The notes under the pieces were generated by a model that saw only the letters and a list, made by a program, of their open reading frames with translations, made no database searches and was not told the origin of the DNA. A program made the position numbers and the translations under genes. Positions 9,504 through 19,337 of a DNA stretch of 64,000 nt are shown here, one piece after another (the stretch's first letter is position 1; every line of letters starts with the position of its first letter). The DNA lies in the NCBI GenBank assembly GCA_036679065.1, contig JAZIGN010000001.1, forward strand, positions 96,001-160,000. Direction: 5' to 3'. This DNA comes from Coprothermobacterota bacterium (GTDB lineage Bacteria > Coprothermobacterota > Coprothermobacteria > Coprothermobacterales > Coprothermobacteraceae).

Positions 9504-10505
9504 GTGATGAGACAAGATTCTACAAAGGCTATTGTGGAGAGCGGGCTTATGTCCGCTCTTGCTGTTATATTGGTGCTCATGGGATGGTACCTTCCTGTGG
9601 TGGGTGCCCTCATAAGTTTGATTGCGCCACTGCCATTTTTGGTTGTGTCTGCTAAACATGGGCTGCGCTACGGTGCTATCACGGTTGCAGTGTCAGCACT
9701 TATAAGTTACTTTCTTACGGGAGATCCGCTAATCATTGTTAGTGTGGTGCTCTCTTTGGGAAGCATTGGCTTGGCTCTGGGCTGGGCAGTCTCTCATGGT
9801 TACAGTGCTGAGCGCACCCTGCTTTTAGGGGCGGCGGTCTTTGTAATTGTGACAACGCTAATACTTTATGGATCTCAGCTCATTCTCCGCCAAAACATTT
9901 TGAAGGAAATGGCTGATGTGATGAGGCAATCTGCGACCATGCTTGAGAGCCGGTTTGCGGGTACTGGCACAGCAACTGGAGGCATGACTGCTACTGCTGC
10001 CACAACGGCCACTGGGGCTACTAGCACAGCTACTTCTTCTTTAAAGGGCATCGCCGAAAGCTACAAGCAGTATGCAGATACGCTGGAGAGTGGTTTAATG
10101 ACGCCAGCGTTGATTCTTTTAGGAAGCGTGCTCTTGGCTTTTTACAACTACATCATACTGAAGCCCTTTGCTCAAAGGCTGGGTGTGGCTTTGCCAAATT
10201 TACCAACCATGCAGGAGATAAGGTTGCCTGCGCTGGGGGTTTGGTTTATTCCTGCAGCGCTTCTGCTTATGGTGATTAAGTCTTCCTACACTGCGTTTTT
10301 GGGATTCAACCTTTATGTGATTGGATTGTATTATTTGATTTTCTGCGGAATGTTCTACTTGTGCAGGATTCTTTTAGGTGAGAAAGACAATAAATTTGTC
10401 AAAGCATTGCTCATAATTGGGCTTGTCTTTCCTTACTTCCCGCAGGTGTATTTCCTGTTTGGCATTTACGACTGCATAATGAGGTTATTACGAAGGGAGG
10501 GGTGA
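9504..10505 (+). CDS. YybS/DUF2232 family membrane protein
   Basis: Multiple TM helices, N-terminal TKAIVESGLMSAL, conserved position between rpsR and rplI. Confidence 0.8.
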   Translation: MMRQDSTKAIVESGLMSALAVILVLMGWYLPVVGALISLIAPLPFLVVSAKHGLRYGAITVAVSALISYFLTGDPLIIVSVVLSLGSIGLALGWAVSHGYSAERTLLLGAAVFVIVTTLILYGSQLILRQNILKEMADVMRQSATMLESRFAGTGTATGGMTATAATTATGATSTATSSLKGIAESYKQYADTLESGLMTPALILLGSVLLAFYNYIILKPFAQRLGVALPNLPTMQEIRLPALGVWFIPAALLLMVIKSSYTAFLGFNLYVIGLYYLIFCGMFYLCRILLGEKDNKFVKALLIIGLVFPYFPQVYFLFGIYDCIMRLLRREG

Positions 10506-10511
10506 ATACCG

Positions 10512-10958
10512 GTGAAAGTGTATTTACTTCAAGATTTACCAGGTACGGGGAAAAAAGGACAAATTGTTGATGTTGCTGAGGGCTATGCTCGTAACTACCT
10601 GTTCAAGAACAACTTAGCGATCTTGGCTGACGAAAAACTCATTGAACAGGTGAAAAAGCGCGAAGAGCGTGAGCAAAGAAAAGAGGAAGAACGCTATCAG
10701 AAAGCTTTGGATTTAAAGAAGGAACTAGAAGGGAAAGCAGTAGTAGTAAAAGCACCAGGTGGCGAAACAGGAAAGCTGTACGGGGCTGTTACTACAAGAC
10801 AAATAGCTTATGCACTAAAAGAGCAGTTAAAGCTGGAAGTGGACAGCAAAGACATAAACATGCCGGATCCCATAAAGAGCGTGGGGGTGTATGAGGTTGA
10901 CATACACCTTTTTAAGGATGTATGGGCAACTGTGAAGGTGAAAGTGGAGAAAGAATGA
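10512..10958 (+). CDS. rplI: 50S ribosomal protein L9
   Basis: MKVYLLQD...[15 protein letters not shown]. Confidence 0.97.
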   Translation: MKVYLLQDLPGTGKKGQIVDVAEGYARNYLFKNNLAILADEKLIEQVKKREEREQRKEEERYQKALDLKKELEGKAVVVKAPGGETGKLYGAVTTRQIAYALKEQLKLEVDSKDINMPDPIKSVGVYEVDIHLFKDVWATVKVKVEKE

Positions 10959-10976
10959 GAAAGAGAATGAGAGAAA

Positions 10977-12347
10977 ATGATTAACGAATCTTCATTTGGG
11001 ATGCCTTATTCTCACGAGGCAGAAGTTTCGGTACTCGGTTCCTGCCTCATTAATAAGGATGCTCTTGCAGAAGTAGCAGGCACACTTTTGCCTGAAGATT
11101 TTTACGAAGAGCGTCACAAGATCTTATTTCAGGTCATGACCCAAATGTATGAAGAGGGCATTCCTGTGGATTTGGTCACCTTCGTGGAAAGGCTTAAACG
11201 GGATAACCTGCTGGATGTGGTAGGTGGGCAGGAGTACGTAGCGCAGGTGGCTTCGTCAGTTTATACCGCTGCAAACGTGGGTACTTATGCAAAACTGGTA
11301 AAGGAACGATCTCTGCAACGTTCGTTAATCAGAGTTGGCACGGAAATTGCCCGCTTGGGTTACACTGGCAAGAATATCGAAGAGGATTTAGATAAGGCAC
11401 AGCAATTGGTGTTTAGCCTTTCCATGTGGAAATACATGAAGTCGGCAACGCCAGTGAGCGAGCTGGTCAAGAGGTACTACTCACTCATTGAAGAAAGATA
11501 TGCTCAGAGAAGCCGCGTAACAGGTTACCCCACCGGTTTGCAGAAGTTGGACGAGCTATTGACGGGATTTCAAAAGTCGGATCTGCTTATTTTGGCTGCA
11601 CGTCCCGGCATGGGTAAAACGGCCTTTGCTCTGAACGTGGCGACCTACATGTCCATGGAAGAAGAAATACCAGTGCTGTTCTTCTCTTTGGAAATGTCTG
11701 CAACGCAGCTCGTGCAGCGTCTATTGTCTGCTGTATCCAATGTACCTTCCCAAAAACTGAAAACAGGTTACTTGGCCACAGAAGACTTCGATGCACTGCG
11801 TATTGCCATGTCACGTCTGGAAGATGCCCCTCTGTGGATAGATGAGTCTCCCGGATTATCGGTTTTGGAAATAAGATCCAGAGCCAGAAGAGCAGTGGCA
11901 GAACTGGGCATTAAGATGATCATTATTGACTACTTGCAGCTTATAAGGTTGGGTCAGAACGTGGATAACCGAGTTCAAGAAGTTTCTGAGATTACCCGTT
12001 CTTTAAAGAATCTTGCGCGGGAACTGGACATACCGCTTTTGGTGCTGTCGCAGCTGAGCCGAGCGGTGGAACAAAGGGCGGACAAACGTCCACAGCTGAG
12101 TGACTTAAGGGAAAGCGGTAGTATTGAGCAGGATGCCGATGTGGTAATGTTTCTTTACAGCGAGGATTATTACAAGCAGCAAAAGGGACTTCGCCCAGAA
12201 AACTCCACAGTGGAACTGGTGGTTGCTAAACACAGGAATGGTCCCACGGGCGAAGTAAAATTAATGTTTAGAAAGGATATTGGCAGATTCTATTCGCTTG
12301 AGGAGAATGTTTGGGGTGATGAAGGTGCGGCAGTCAGCGAAGAATAA
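10977..12347 (+). CDS. dnaB: Replicative DNA helicase
   Basis: [47 protein letters not shown]; no intein. Confidence 0.98.
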   Translation: MINESSFGMPYSHEAEVSVLGSCLINKDALAEVAGTLLPEDFYEERHKILFQVMTQMYEEGIPVDLVTFVERLKRDNLLDVVGGQEYVAQVASSVYTAANVGTYAKLVKERSLQRSLIRVGTEIARLGYTGKNIEEDLDKAQQLVFSLSMWKYMKSATPVSELVKRYYSLIEERYAQRSRVTGYPTGLQKLDELLTGFQKSDLLILAARPGMGKTAFALNVATYMSMEEEIPVLFFSLEMSATQLVQRLLSAVSNVPSQKLKTGYLATEDFDALRIAMSRLEDAPLWIDESPGLSVLEIRSRARRAVAELGIKMIIIDYLQLIRLGQNVDNRVQEVSEITRSLKNLARELDIPLLVLSQLSRAVEQRADKRPQLSDLRESGSIEQDADVVMFLYSEDYYKQQKGLRPENSTVELVVAKHRNGPTGEVKLMFRKDIGRFYSLEENVWGDEGAAVSEE

Positions 12348-14835
12348 CGAAAGCAACGGCAGTACAGAATACGATTTCAAAAAGGCCGAGGAGCGTTGGT
12401 CAAAGTACTGGCAAGAACGTGGCCTTTTTAAAGCTAATGGGACTCTTGGTACGAAGCCCAAACAGTACGTGCTGGAAATGTTCCCGTACCCCTCAGGCAA
12501 GCTTCACATGGGACATGTCAGGAACTACTCCTTGGGGGATGTGGTAGCACGTTACAACAGAATGAGAGGTTTTGATGTGCTTCATCCCATGGGATGGGAC
12601 GCTTTTGGGCTGCCTGCAGAGAACGCAGCCATTGAGAGGGGTATTCACCCGGAAAACTGGACTTTGTCCAACATCGGTTACATGAGAGAGCAGATGAAAA
12701 AGCTAGGTTTTAGCTATGATTGGGACAGAGAAGTCGCCACTTGTTTGCCTGATTACTACAAATGGACTCAGTGGTTGTTCCTGAAGCTTTATGAAAATGG
12801 CTTGGCATACAAGAAGCGTGCAAAGGTGAACTGGTGTCCTCACTGCAAGACGGTACTTGCTAACGAGCAGGTTATTGATGGCAAATGCTGGCGTTGTCAC
12901 AGTCCAATTGAGAAAAGGGAAATTGAACAGTGGTTTTTCAAAATAACGGCATATGCTGAAGACTTGCTCAATGATTTGGATAACTTGGATTGGCCTGAGC
13001 ACGTAAAAGCACAGCAGCGTAACTGGATTGGTCGCTCTGAGGGTGCTTTGGTAAAGTTTGCCATTGAAGGAACTGATAAAGTCATTGAAATATTCACTAC
13101 CAGATTGGACACCATTTACGGTGCCACCTTCATGGTCTTAGCTCCTGAGCATCCACTGGCAATGGAGTTGGTACAAGGTACTGCGCTAAAAGAGCTTTAC
13201 GACGAATACTTAAAAAGGATCTCCTTGAAATCAGAAATTGACCGCCTCAGCACGGAAAAAGAAAAAGAAGGTTTCTTCCTTGGCAAGTACGCTGTAAACC
13301 CCTTTAACGGTGAAAGAATACCAATTTATGCTGGTGATTACGTGCTTACGGAATACGGCACAGGCGCTATCATGGCAGTGCCAGCTCATGATGAACGCGA
13401 CTACGCTTTTGCAGTTAAATACAACATTCCCATAAGACCAGTGGTGGTTCCCAAAGACGGTGAAGAGATAAAGAATGGCGAGGTCTTCACCGAATATGGT
13501 GTGCTGGTAAATAGCGGGCCTTACACAGGAAAAACCTCTGAGGAAGCTCAGAAGCTCATGGCTGAGTACTTAGAAGAGCACAACTTGGGGCAAAAATCTG
13601 TAACTTACAGGCTTAGAGATTGGCTGGTGAGCCGCCAGAGGTACTGGGGTGCTCCAATTCCCGTAGTTTATTGTGAACACTGCGGAACAGTACCCGTCCC
13701 TGAGGATCAGCTTCCAGTGATTCTACCCAGAGAAGTTGATTACCTGCCTGGCGATTTGGTTTCTCCCTTGGCTACTGATGAAGAGTTTGTGCACACTACT
13801 TGTCCAAAGTGTGGTGGTCCGGCTCGACGGGAAACTGATACCATGGACACGTTTGTGGATAGCTCGTGGTATTACCTAAGGTACATAGATCCCCATAACG
13901 AACAAGCGCCATTTGATAAGGAACTGGCAGAGTATTGGATGCCTGTGGACATATACATTGGCGGTGTGGAGCATGCCGTACTGCACTTGCTTTACAGTCG
14001 TTTTATTACCAAAGCGCTAAAAGACATGGGATACGTTACGGTTAGCGAGCCCTTTAGCAAACTCTTTACTCAGGGTATGGTAACTTTGGGTGGTTCAGCC
14101 ATGTCGAAGTCAAAAGGCAACATTGTTGATCCAGACGATATCCTAAGGGACTATGGTGCTGATGCAGCAAGGATGTACACACTGTTTGTGGCGCCACCTG
14201 AAAAGGATTTTGAGTGGAGCCAGCAAGGGCTGGAAGGTATTGTAAGGTTCATAAGACGCATTTGGAACTTCTACTGCAAGTATGCTGATGAGGTAAAAGA
14301 AGCTGTGGCAGCTCCTATGGGTAAGCTTTTCGAGGGAATGAGTGAGTACGATGAGAAAGCGCTCAGGGCAGTGAACCGTTTGGTCTACAGAGTCACTGAG
14401 GATATTGAGGATAACTACCGATTTAACACTGCCATTGCCGCCATGATGGAGTTCCTCAATGAAGTAACGGATTACGACGAAAAGGTTAGTGGCGCGGTTA
14501 TGAAGACGCTGCTTGAAACCTTTGCGAAGGTACTAGCGCCCTTTGTGCCGTTCTTGGCAGAAGAACTTTGGGCAATGCTGGGTAACGCGCCTTCGGTTCA
14601 CGAACAATCTTGGCCCCAGTGGGACGAAAGTATGCTTCAGGAAAACACTGTGGAAGTTGCAGTGCAAATAAACGGGAAATTTAGGGGCACAGTGGTTGTT
14701 CGCAACGGAGCCAGCGAAGAGGAAGTAAGAGAAGCAGTTATGAGTAGTGGCAATTTTTCTAAGTACTTGTCCAAGGAAGGCGGTTACAAGAAGTGTTTCT
14801 ACGTTCCGAACAAAATAATAAATTTCATAGTTTAG
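12319..14835 (+). CDS. leuS: Leucine--tRNA ligase (start codon uncertain)
   Basis: [13 protein letters not shown], editing domain [25 protein letters not shown]. Confidence 0.97.
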   Translation: MKVRQSAKNNESNGSTEYDFKKAEERWSKYWQERGLFKANGTLGTKPKQYVLEMFPYPSGKLHMGHVRNYSLGDVVARYNRMRGFDVLHPMGWDAFGLPAENAAIERGIHPENWTLSNIGYMREQMKKLGFSYDWDREVATCLPDYYKWTQWLFLKLYENGLAYKKRAKVNWCPHCKTVLANEQVIDGKCWRCHSPIEKREIEQWFFKITAYAEDLLNDLDNLDWPEHVKAQQRNWIGRSEGALVKFAIEGTDKVIEIFTTRLDTIYGATFMVLAPEHPLAMELVQGTALKELYDEYLKRISLKSEIDRLSTEKEKEGFFLGKYAVNPFNGERIPIYAGDYVLTEYGTGAIMAVPAHDERDYAFAVKYNIPIRPVVVPKDGEEIKNGEVFTEYGVLVNSGPYTGKTSEEAQKLMAEYLEEHNLGQKSVTYRLRDWLVSRQRYWGAPIPVVYCEHCGTVPVPEDQLPVILPREVDYLPGDLVSPLATDEEFVHTTCPKCGGPARRETDTMDTFVDSSWYYLRYIDPHNEQAPFDKELAEYWMPVDIYIGGVEHAVLHLLYSRFITKALKDMGYVTVSEPFSKLFTQGMVTLGGSAMSKSKGNIVDPDDILRDYGADAARMYTLFVAPPEKDFEWSQQGLEGIVRFIRRIWNFYCKYADEVKEAVAAPMGKLFEGMSEYDEKALRAVNRLVYRVTEDIEDNYRFNTAIAAMMEFLNEVTDYDEKVSGAVMKTLLETFAKVLAPFVPFLAEELWAMLGNAPSVHEQSWPQWDESMLQENTVEVAVQINGKFRGTVVVRNGASEEEVREAVMSSGNFSKYLSKEGGYKKCFYVPNKIINFIV

Positions 14836-15506
14836 CAGGTGGGTGGAAGAAGGCTGCCACATGGTTGGCAGCCTTCTTTTTAGTTGGGGCAATTTGCTTC
14901 GAAATGGGATACCGCTTTGGTGTTTCTAGTTTGCTTAGTTCAAAAGATGCTCAGGCAAGTGTTTCTCCATCTGTGGAGACCTCTTCAGCAGCTGCTAATA
15001 GCACTTCTACCGCACTGGAGCCTGAGCTGGTCAGTGTTTACATTACTGGTGCTGTGGACCGACCAGGGGTTTACAGTGCTAAGTCAACCCAGCGTATAGG
15101 TGACGTTATAAACATGGCGGGTGTAAAAGCTGATGCAGACCTTACCAGGCTGAATTTAGCTAGTCATGTTGCTGATGAGATGATGGTTTACGTGCCTACT
15201 AAGGCGGAGCAGCAGAATGTAGATGGGAGTCAAGGGATACCTTCAAGCACGGCACAAAATTCTGGGGGAGTAGTCATCGGCAGCAGCGAATCTGCGGGGA
15301 GTTCTAAAAGTTCCCTGATTAACATAAACACGGCTGACGAGAAACAATTGGATGCACTTCCTGGCATTGGGCCTACGTTGGCGGCTCGCATTGTTGAATA
15401 CAGGCAAGCCAATGGCCCATTTAAGAGTATTGAAGAAGTGAAAAACGTTTCTGGAATCGGCGAAAAACGATTTGCTGACATAAAGGACTTCATTACGGTT
15501 CGTTAA
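14793..15506 (+). CDS. comEA: Competence DNA receptor ComEA
   Basis: N-terminal TM, SLBB-like [13 protein letters not shown], HhH ININTA...LPGIGP...VSGIGEK. Confidence 0.9.
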   Translation: MFLRSEQNNKFHSLAGGWKKAATWLAAFFLVGAICFEMGYRFGVSSLLSSKDAQASVSPSVETSSAAANSTSTALEPELVSVYITGAVDRPGVYSAKSTQRIGDVINMAGVKADADLTRLNLASHVADEMMVYVPTKAEQQNVDGSQGIPSSTAQNSGGVVIGSSESAGSSKSSLININTADEKQLDALPGIGPTLAARIVEYRQANGPFKSIEEVKNVSGIGEKRFADIKDFITVR

Positions 15507-15511
15507 TAAAG

Positions 15512-17266
15512 ATGATTCTTACCGCCCTTGCAGTGGTTTTTGCCCTGAGGTTTTACCCCTGGGGAGCAGTCCTGTTCGTCCCGTTATTTGTTTTCTTAAA
15601 GAAGAAACGCTGGATAGCCATTGTTGGTGTTGTGGTAGTACTGCTTGCATACACAAGCATTTATAGATCCGTAAGCATGGATGGTCAGGTTTTCAAAGGG
15701 ACTGTGGTGGTGGACTCTGATGGTAAAGGGTACTACAGGGGCTTTGTGCCCGTTTGTTCGAGCGATGTTGGTGTGCTTAGCGGTACTTTCCAAATGAATT
15801 GGCACAAATACCACTGCGCTGTTCCCGTGAAGGTGAATACTTTAGAGACGCCTTTGTTTCGTGTCAGATCAGCAATGGAAAACAGGTTGGGTAGTCTACA
15901 ATCGGGTTCATTACTAAATGCACTAGTTTTGGGCAGTCCGCTACCTTTAAGAATTCAAGAGCAAGCTATAAAGACAGGTATTTTGCATGTCTTTGCCATA
16001 TCAGGCCTGCAGACAACTTTACTTATGGGTTACGTTTACAGGTGGAGCAAGAACAAGATTGCAACAATGTTGCTTGGCCTCGTTTTAATCATCTTTTACG
16101 GTTTTTCTGCCTCGGTGCTGCGTAGTGTACTCATGTACGGGGTAATGCTGTCCATACCAAAGGGCAGGAAACTTGGATTAGGTGGAGTTGCCGCCGCGGG
16201 TTTGGCAGCATCTTGCTTAGATCCGCTATTTTTCACCCGAACGGCATCTTTATTGTCTTTACTGGGCGCAGCTGCCGTGGTTTACTGGGGCGATTCCAAA
16301 TGGTCAAGCGTGAAAATCAGCTTGACGTTACTACCGGCGAGCCTGCTTTTCTTTCATTCTATTTCTCTGCTAGGTGCTTTTTTTACTGTGCTACTTGTAC
16401 CAGTGTTCACGTTGTTGTACGCACTTGGCATTTTGTATGTGATTATGCCACTAAGACTACTAAGTTACTTAGTTGACATGGTGGGCATGGCTATTCTGTC
16501 GCTACATGAACTGGTGGAACTGTTGCCTGCGTGGATGTTGCTTAATTTTAGTTCTCGAGAGGTTCTTGTCATCCTTGTTGGTGTTGTCTTAACTGCATTG
16601 CTAAGACGTTGGTGGTTGCCGGTGCTCACATGCATAGCATTACTGCTACTCCCTGCTCAAAGCCGTGTCATTTTCCTGGACGTCGGCCAGGGTTCAGCTA
16701 CCTTGGTACAAAAGGGCTCTTACGGGCTACTTATAGACACCTCGGACAGGGCTGTTGTTTTGCGTGATGTGAGGTGGTATGGCATTAGGCACTTGGGACT
16801 CATAATCAGCCATGACGATAAAGACCACAATGGAATGCAGGAACAAGTTATGCTTTCTTTTCATCCCAAGTTTATGGATCCATACAAGGATGATGTGATC
16901 AGTTTCGGGCCCATAAGAGCTGAAACTGTATGGCCACCACCTGGAATGGTGGGCACTGATAACGAACTGAGTAAAGTGATTTACTTACCAGAGTTTAATG
17001 GGCTCATAACAGGGGATGTGCCGGCAGCTTATTTGCCTAATGGTGACTATAGTTTCTTTACTGTGCCTCATCATGGAGCCAAACTTACAGAGCTGAGTTT
17101 GACTTCTTCGGTGGCGGTAATTTCTGTGGGTAAGAATGCTTATGGCCACCCAAATAAGGACACACTAAAAGTGCTTGAAAGTAAACATATGAAGGTGTAC
17201 CGAACAGACTACTGTGGTGACATAATCTATGAACAAGGCAGGGTTTCTTGCCCGTCCAACCGATAA
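15512..17266 (+). CDS. comEC: Competence channel ComEC with metallo-beta-lactamase domain (compact)
   Basis: GILHVFAISGLQ, SVLRS, FLDVGQG, SHDDKDH, PHHG, YGHP; follows comEA. Confidence 0.9.
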   Translation: MILTALAVVFALRFYPWGAVLFVPLFVFLKKKRWIAIVGVVVVLLAYTSIYRSVSMDGQVFKGTVVVDSDGKGYYRGFVPVCSSDVGVLSGTFQMNWHKYHCAVPVKVNTLETPLFRVRSAMENRLGSLQSGSLLNALVLGSPLPLRIQEQAIKTGILHVFAISGLQTTLLMGYVYRWSKNKIATMLLGLVLIIFYGFSASVLRSVLMYGVMLSIPKGRKLGLGGVAAAGLAASCLDPLFFTRTASLLSLLGAAAVVYWGDSKWSSVKISLTLLPASLLFFHSISLLGAFFTVLLVPVFTLLYALGILYVIMPLRLLSYLVDMVGMAILSLHELVELLPAWMLLNFSSREVLVILVGVVLTALLRRWWLPVLTCIALLLLPAQSRVIFLDVGQGSATLVQKGSYGLLIDTSDRAVVLRDVRWYGIRHLGLIISHDDKDHNGMQEQVMLSFHPKFMDPYKDDVISFGPIRAETVWPPPGMVGTDNELSKVIYLPEFNGLITGDVPAAYLPNGDYSFFTVPHHGAKLTELSLTSSVAVISVGKNAYGHPNKDTLKVLESKHMKVYRTDYCGDIIYEQGRVSCPSNR

Positions 17267-17350
17267 CTGTGGCTGCTTGGTTTGTGCCGGTTGTTTTCGC
17301 CTTGAAAGTCAGGTTTTCGCTGTAGTGATGCTGTTTTTTGAGCATTTTAG

Positions 17351-17359
17351 TGGTATAAT
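17351..17359 (+). promoter_or_regulatory. Extended -10 promoter, probably leaderless LCP transcript
   Basis: TGGTATAAT 6 nt before ATG 17366; no SD. Confidence 0.65.
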
Positions 17360-17365
17360 TTAAAT

Positions 17366-18835
17366 ATGAAAATGAGCGTGAGTGTGAAAAAGGTTCTCAT
17401 TGCAATCGGTTTCTTACTTATATTTTTGGTGTCTTTTGTAGGTGGTGTTTTTGCTCAGAAGGTGATCATGCCTCAAGGAGAAGGTGTTGATTTAGCCGAT
17501 CTCGTCTCAAGCGCCGCTGAACGGTTTTCCAGCATAACTGGTTCAAAAGGAGACCAAGTATGGCTGATAGCTGGTTTGGATACGGTGGGAGAAATGAAGG
17601 GTGCAGGTTCTGTGGGGCACAACGACACGCTGATTTTGGCGTTTATCCGTGGGAGTACTATTAATCTGCTTTACATACCTAGAGACTCCTTGGTTGACAT
17701 ACCAGACAAAGGTGTGACAAAGGTGGGGCATACCTTTCTCTATGGTGGTGTGAGGAAACTTGCTGAAACCATTAAACAGAACTTTGGCGTGGCTGTAGAT
17801 CATTACGTGGTAGTTAATTTCAGTACGGTGATTGAAATGGTTGACCTTATGGGAGGTCTTAAGGTGGAAGTGCCTCAGAGGTATTGCTATCAAGGTGTAG
17901 GAGTACCTAGATACACGTGCATTGACAAGGGTACTCATACACTTAATGGTACAGAATTCTTGGTTTATTGGCGAATAAGGGATTATGGGAGGACACATGT
18001 CTCAGATTTAACAAGGATACAAAGGCAGATCGATTTACTCTTGGGAACCGATTTGAAAGATCAAGTAATATCAAAGCTTTCTCCTAGTTTTGTATCAAGT
18101 GCAGTGGATGTGTGGAGCAAGTACGTGCTTTCTGATGTTAGCCTGATGGAGATAGCTAGTTTGGCAAACAAGTGGAAGGATGCTCACATCGAAGCTGATG
18201 TGCTAACCGGAGATTCTTTCATTAGCCGCGTGTTTGACTTGGGTGTTCCTGTTTCAGTGTATCAGTGGGATGCGCAGTGGCTTAAGAGCTGGTATATAGA
18301 GAAATTCGGTCCTATGGGGCAAACGTTAGCTAACGGAGTCAATCCGCCTAAGCTGAGTGCTCCGCGGCCCACCGATTCCAGCTCAAGCAAGGAAACGTCT
18401 GGCAACAATAATAGTAGCGGCAGCAGCGAAGGCAAAACATCCACAACCAGTAATAGTGGAAGCAACAGTAGTGACTCCACAGGTGGCACGGCCACGCAAT
18501 CACCAACGGCATCGACTACGACAACGACAACGACGACAACGACAACGACTACTCAGAATTCTTCAGAGAGCAATGCAACCACGAATGTGAATGATACAGC
18601 TACACAAAGCGTGCCAGAGTTACCACCTGAGCTGGAGAACAATACTACTGTGGCAACAGGAGCTGTGAACGACGAAATTCCAGGCCCCGTGATTACGCCA
18701 ACTACTGCAACCCCTCCGGAAGAAAACTATAACGATTCCTGTGAGGGAAGCGGTTATGACTCAAAGAGTAATGAGGCTGAAACATTGACAGTGACCAACG
18801 CATACACTGAAACACCAACTGAGGGTGGACACTAG
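17366..18835 (+). CDS. LytR-CpsA-Psr (LCP) family protein with long Ser/Thr-rich tail
   Basis: N-terminal TM; DT, IPRD, VDHYVVVNF, RIR and DLTRIQRQ motifs. Confidence 0.88.
   Translation: MKMSVSVKKVLIAIGFLLIFLVSFVGGVFAQKVIMPQGEGVDLADLVSSAAERFSSITGSKGDQVWLIAGLDTVGEMKGAGSVGHNDTLILAFIRGSTINLLYIPRDSLVDIPDKGVTKVGHTFLYGGVRKLAETIKQNFGVAVDHYVVVNFSTVIEMVDLMGGLKVEVPQRYCYQGVGVPRYTCIDKGTHTLNGTEFLVYWRIRDYGRTHVSDLTRIQRQIDLLLGTDLKDQVISKLSPSFVSSAVDVWSKYVLSDVSLMEIASLANKWKDAHIEADVLTGDSFISRVFDLGVPVSVYQWDAQWLKSWYIEKFGPMGQTLANGVNPPKLSAPRPTDSSSSKETSGNNNSSGSSEGKTSTTSNSGSNSSDSTGGTATQSPTASTTTTTTTTTTTTTQNSSESNATTNVNDTATQSVPELPPELENNTTVATGAVNDEIPGPVITPTTATPPEENYNDSCEGSGYDSKSNEAETLTVTNAYTETPTEGGH
18512..18553 (+). repeat. 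Imperfect (ACGACA)n in-frame microsatellite encoding poly-Thr
   Basis: tcgactacgacaacgacaacgacgacaacgacaacgactact. Confidence 0.85.
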
Positions 18836-18863
18836 CATGATTTTCTTGCAGCTGTGAGGTAAG

Positions 18864-19337
18864 GTGTTTTTGGTGGTGTCAAAGTCTTCCATGAAAAGAG
18901 CTTTTGACCTGCTAGGCGGGAACGAGAAGCTTTTTTGGTTTTTGGAAGTTTCAAGAAAGTGGGATACACTAGATACTTGGCTTAAGGATTTAGTGTTTCC
19001 TTCTGCCTTGCAAGGGACAGTGGTTGTTATGGATTACTACAGTCCTGTGGGTAGAATGAAGCTGCTTTACAACAAGGATGATGTATTAACAGAACTGAAG
19101 AGGTTCTTGCCTTTTGCAGAGGATGTAAAGGTTGGAAAGGCAAGAAAAAGGGAGAGTTTTTCACACCTAAGTGAAAAACTTACACGAAGTAAGAAAACAG
19201 AGAAACGGCTCTTAGAGCTATCTGATGTGGACGCAGACGGCGTGTGCACGGATGGCATTAAAGATAAAGAGTTAGCCGAATTATTTGGTAAGTTTGTAAA
19301 GGTTAGGAGGGCATGGCAGGAATGGAAAAAAGCTTAA
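18864..19337 (+). CDS. DciA/DUF721-like protein (putative helicase loader)
   Basis: W...P..L.G.VVV...SP....L...K..VL..L pattern plus basic C-terminal region; overlaps the gyrB start. Confidence 0.55.
   Translation: MFLVVSKSSMKRAFDLLGGNEKLFWFLEVSRKWDTLDTWLKDLVFPSALQGTVVVMDYYSPVGRMKLLYNKDDVLTELKRFLPFAEDVKVGKARKRESFSHLSEKLTRSKKTEKRLLELSDVDADGVCTDGIKDKELAELFGKFVKVRRAWQEWKKA

Noticed and set aside
10951..10980. GAATGAGA short duplication between rplI and dnaB
   Set aside because: Two to three imperfect purine-rich copies; likely local slippage with no evident function.
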